Below, piece after piece: positions 60,791 through 64,000 of a stretch of 64,000 bases of DNA. Below the pieces are notes generated by a model. The model searched no databases. It saw only the letters and a list, made by a program, of their open reading frames with translations, and was not told where the DNA came from. The stretch is from a virus (lineage: Duplodnaviria > Heunggongvirae > Uroviricota > Caudoviricetes), in IMG/VR virus record IMGVR_UViG_3300014204_000001, positions 74,011 through 138,010 of that record, one strand, 5' to 3'. Numbering within the stretch: the first letter of the stretch is position 1; the number at the start of each line of letters is the position of its first letter. A program made the position numbers and the translations under genes.

Positions 60791-63454
60791 TTACTCCTGT
60801 CCAACAAGTTCGTTCGGACCGCGAATGACCAGCGACTGCTGGTTGATCTTCAGGATCAGGTCACCCAAACCCTTGAACACGCTTCGAAGGTTGTCTTCGA
60901 TGGAGATGAAGGTTTCGTTGCCGATGTCACCCTTGATGTTCGCCTCGTCCATCCAGAGCGACAGTAGCACGCGACCGACATTGTCCAAGGACTTCTCGAG
61001 GTTGGGCAGGTACGCGGCCACAAGGTCCTTGAGCGATGGGGACTGGGCCATGGACGCGAGCGACGCTGCATCGAATACGCCCGCGTCATTGAGCTGCCCA
61101 GCCTGTTCCACGAAGCTCGGATTGACCTGGCCCATCAGGTTTTCGACAGTACCGTCGTCCGACGACATCATCGCCTGCGGCTGCTGCTCCATGCCCTGCT
61201 GCGTCATCGCCGCGTTGGGATCCATGCCCATCGGGCCCATGTTCTGTTGCGGGGCCGCAGCGCCCATGACAGGGCTTTGCCCCTGAACCGGCGGCGCACC
61301 CTGCATTGGGGTCAGCTGTTGTTGCATGCCCGGCTGCATGCCCGGCTGCTGCCCACCCATCATCGACGGGTCCACAGGCTGCCCTGCACCCATCATTGAC
61401 GGGTCCATCGGGCCACCCATGGCAGCGGCGGCGGCAGCAGGGTTGCCCGCAGCACCGCCGCCTGTGGCAATCTGCTGGGTACGAGACTGGATGTTGTTGA
61501 GCAGCTGCATCTGCTGCTGAAGCGCCGTCATCTGGCCCTGGATGTTCTGCATCTGCTCGGCCACGGCCATATCAACGGGCTGCGGCTGGGCAGCTGCCTG
61601 AGCCATTGCCATCTGGTCCATCGCGGCCTGGGCCGGATCTTGGCCTGCGGGGTCGCCACCGTTGGGATCCTTCTTCTTCGAAGGCGGCTTGCTATCCCCT
61701 TCGGCAACCTTCAGGCGTGCAGCGACCTTCTCGAGCTTCTCCGGCGAGAGAACGAAGAACTCGCACTTGCCCTCAGCCTCCGCGGTCTTCATTGCCGCCT
61801 CAGCGTCCTCGACCGACAGGCCCTTCTCGAAGGCGAGTTTCTTCAGACCGTCAACGAAGCTGTAGGGCTTTCGCTCGATCACGAAGGACGAGTCGTAGTA
61901 GGGCTTGTGGACTACCACACGCTCGGCGGCCTCCTTCTCGAGGGCATCCATCGTCCAGTTGAGAATATCCTTCGGATTCGAGAAGAAGTCGCTCGCAGCA
62001 ACCTCTCCCTTGGCCGAAAGGAAGACGAAGTCGGCGGGGAGGTAGACGACGTTGCTGCTCTCAGGAACAACGAGCTTGCTGAGCGATGACTTTGGGTCGA
62101 GAATCAGCGTCTTCTTGCCGCCGCTTCCGAAGACCTCGAACAGCTTTCTCCCCTCAGACTCGGTGACCGAGTCGATGTGGAGTGGCGTGGTCGCGACAAA
62201 CGACGCGCCACGGCGCTGGACGAAGATGCCGAACTGATCCTTGCGCGGCCCCTTAGCGACAGTATCCGTCACGGTCGCCTTGTAGACCTTCGAGCCTTCG
62301 AGTTGGCTCAGGGCCACCTGCTGTCCGAGGAGGTGACTGGCATCAAGCAGTCTGCCATCTTCGGTAATGCCGACGTAGCGATCCGCGTGCTGCGGAGGTG
62401 ATGTATTGTCGCCTCGCGCGAGAACATCTTGTTGCTTCTTCACGCGCACGTTTCGCGGAGGGATCCGCTTTCCGCGGCCGCAGCCGAAGACATCGATAGG
62501 GTTACCGATGATCAGTGCAAGGGTCGGCTTGCCATCAACACCCCACAGTTTGTACGCGCCCGAGTCCTTCGGCTCCTGGAGGTCCTTGTACGTCTGGACC
62601 TTGATCGGACGGTTGACCGTCTTGCGGTCGTCCTTGGCGTAGTAGCCCTTAAGCGCGACACCTTGGAATGCAAGGGGTGCCTTCGGTCCGAAGATGTCCT
62701 TGAACTCGCCTGGAGTGGTCGACTTGTCAGCGACGTAAAGCGCCCCGCCCTTCAGCGGAACCTTGCCTCCGTAGTCGGCCAGTTTCAGCGCGTCAAAGAG
62801 GGCATCCTTACCGTAGTGGTGTACCGCGAGCTTGAGCAGGCCGTCGTTTTCCTCGTAGAGTCGTGCAGCCGCGATCTTCACGACATTCGGAGCATGCGAG
62901 AGGAAGTGGAGGTACAGTTGCTTAGGCTCTTGCTGATCTCGTGCCTCGTCAAAGACGCAGCCAGCCAGCTTCACCGCGAGGGTGCTGCGCTCCTCTTCCG
63001 ACGCGTAGCTGTAACGGCCTGTTGTAGGCGGGACAACGGTATTGCGGATGTCGACGTCAGTGGCCATCGTCTCTGGAAGCTTCGCGCCCTGACCCATATC
63101 GGAGAGCGAGAGCTTGTCGAGCTCCTCGAGCCACTCCTTGGTAAGTGGAAGGAAGACGTTAAGGTCTTTGTAGTAGAGAATGTCGAGCGGCTTTACCTGA
63201 TTCTCGGCCATGACGACTGGGATGTAGATCGTCTGGCCTCGTCGCATGACGACGAAGGCGCCGATGCCCGAGCCCGCTTCGGGATCGCTGTCTAGAATCT
63301 TGAAGGTGATAACGTCTTGGCTGACACTAGGCAGCTTGGTGATCAGAACCGAGTAGGCGACTTGCGAGAGTCCTTGGTCGAATAGCTGCTTGGCTTGATC
63401 ACCAGTCGGGGACTGGGTTGCCATCGCTTGGGTCCGGGGAGACATAGTAGGCAT
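60791..63454 (-). CDS. portal-sized protein (887 aa) with Q/M/P/G-rich low-complexity C-terminal region
   Basis: ATG 63454 after AGGAG RBS; C-terminal third PQPVDMAVAEQMQNIQGQMTALQQQMQ...DPSMMGAGQPVDPSMMGGQQPGMQPGMQQQ. Confidence 0.5.
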   Translation of the reverse strand: MPTMSPRTQAMATQSPTGDQAKQLFDQGLSQVAYSVLITKLPSVSQDVITFKILDSDPEAGSGIGAFVVMRRGQTIYIPVVMAENQVKPLDILYYKDLNVFLPLTKEWLEELDKLSLSDMGQGAKLPETMATDVDIRNTVVPPTTGRYSYASEEERSTLAVKLAGCVFDEARDQQEPKQLYLHFLSHAPNVVKIAAARLYEENDGLLKLAVHHYGKDALFDALKLADYGGKVPLKGGALYVADKSTTPGEFKDIFGPKAPLAFQGVALKGYYAKDDRKTVNRPIKVQTYKDLQEPKDSGAYKLWGVDGKPTLALIIGNPIDVFGCGRGKRIPPRNVRVKKQQDVLARGDNTSPPQHADRYVGITEDGRLLDASHLLGQQVALSQLEGSKVYKATVTDTVAKGPRKDQFGIFVQRRGASFVATTPLHIDSVTESEGRKLFEVFGSGGKKTLILDPKSSLSKLVVPESSNVVYLPADFVFLSAKGEVAASDFFSNPKDILNWTMDALEKEAAERVVVHKPYYDSSFVIERKPYSFVDGLKKLAFEKGLSVEDAEAAMKTAEAEGKCEFFVLSPEKLEKVAARLKVAEGDSKPPSKKKDPNGGDPAGQDPAQAAMDQMAMAQAAAQPQPVDMAVAEQMQNIQGQMTALQQQMQLLNNIQSRTQQIATGGGAAGNPAAAAAAMGGPMDPSMMGAGQPVDPSMMGGQQPGMQPGMQQQLTPMQGAPPVQGQSPVMGAAAPQQNMGPMGMDPNAAMTQQGMEQQPQAMMSSDDGTVENLMGQVNPSFVEQAGQLNDAGVFDAASLASMAQSPSLKDLVAAYLPNLEKSLDNVGRVLLSLWMDEANIKGDIGNETFISIEDNLRSVFKGLGDLILKINQQSLVIRGPNELVGQE

Positions 63455-63543
63455 CGAAATCACTCCTGTGGCCTAAGTGTAGGCGGTTTCCCTCAAGCCG
63501 CTTAGGCTTGTTGTATCAGGTAAGGCGCCGACTTGTGTAGATC

Positions 63544-63581
63544 AAAAAAAATGAGGGCCACCCACTATACGGGTGACCCTC
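63544..63581 (-). terminator. rho-independent terminator (minus strand)
   Basis: A8 then gagggccaccc...gggtgaccctc. Confidence 0.65.
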
Positions 63582-63610
63582 AGTCGCCGGACCCGGGGGT
63601 CTCGGGTTAC

Positions 63611-63961
63611 TTACTGCGCCGCAGTAGCGATCTTCTTGATCTCGTCGAGAAGGGCGCTCTTCTTCTCACCCTCGTCCTTCTCGCTCTTCTCTTTCTTCTT
63701 GTCGTCGTCGTCCTTCTTCTCCGAGTCGCCCTTCAGCGCAGCCAGGGCGTCAGCGGGGCTGACCTGCTTCTCGGAGGCGGACTTCACCGACTCGATGTAG
63801 GTGGCACGCTCGGAGGCATCCATACCCATCATGTGCCGAACGGCGGCGACCTTCTGCTCATCGTTCAGCGCAGTGGACAGGTGCGGGACGACCTCTGCAG
63901 CGGTCTTCTTGAAGAGGGCCGTGAACGGGTCCTCCGCAGCGGCCTTCGAAGCGTCGATCAC
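63611..63961 (-). CDS. hypothetical charged protein (116 aa) with KKDDDDKKKEKSEKDEGEKK tract
   Basis: ORF track; terminator downstream. Confidence 0.5.
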   Translation of the reverse strand: MIDASKAAAEDPFTALFKKTAAEVVPHLSTALNDEQKVAAVRHMMGMDASERATYIESVKSASEKQVSPADALAALKGDSEKKDDDDKKKEKSEKDEGEKKSALLDEIKKIATAAQ

Positions 63962-64000
63962 CGAGTTGGTGCCTGAAACGGTGCGGCCAGGAAGAACATC

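Overview
This ~60% GC window reads as part of a large contractile-tailed phage or prophage genome. It has four zones.

1. 0.7-12.1 kb, minus strand: a tandem array of about 33 small paralogous genes (60-100 aa). Their N-terminal halves are unrelated to each other. Their C-termini share a Cys2-His-Cys block ending GKCLYGPGNWE. The array is led by a 643-aa gene, split by hairpin terminators into four operons, and interrupted at 4.4-8.0 kb by other small Cys-rich genes. Several members are frameshifted or truncated.
2. 13.97-14.66 kb: a non-coding strand-switch region with nested inverted repeats.
3. 14.9-32.5 kb, mostly plus strand: about 50 small early or auxiliary-type genes. They include a SAM methyltransferase, a collagen-like lipoprotein, a J-domain protein, an HTH regulator, macro-domain and RyR-domain proteins, a metallophosphoesterase and an SPFH lipoprotein. 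Hairpin terminators separate them, and a recurring GGGTATAAG promoter-like motif sits about 29 nt upstream of eight start codons. One plus-strand gene (21575-22225) carries the array's C-terminal block fused to an unrelated N-domain.
4. 32.5-64 kb, minus strand: a lysis and virion module. It has a GH108 endolysin, a 912-aa sheath-like protein, a tube-sized protein, a secreted Cys-rich-repeat 656-aa protein, a capsid-sized protein and a scaffold-like protein. It also has a 1048-aa protein split by a LAGLIDADG intein, and an 887-aa portal-sized protein with a Q/M/P/G-rich tail.

No rRNA, tRNA or CRISPR was seen. Gene starts inside the array are ambiguous because the conserved 3' block is read in two frames.
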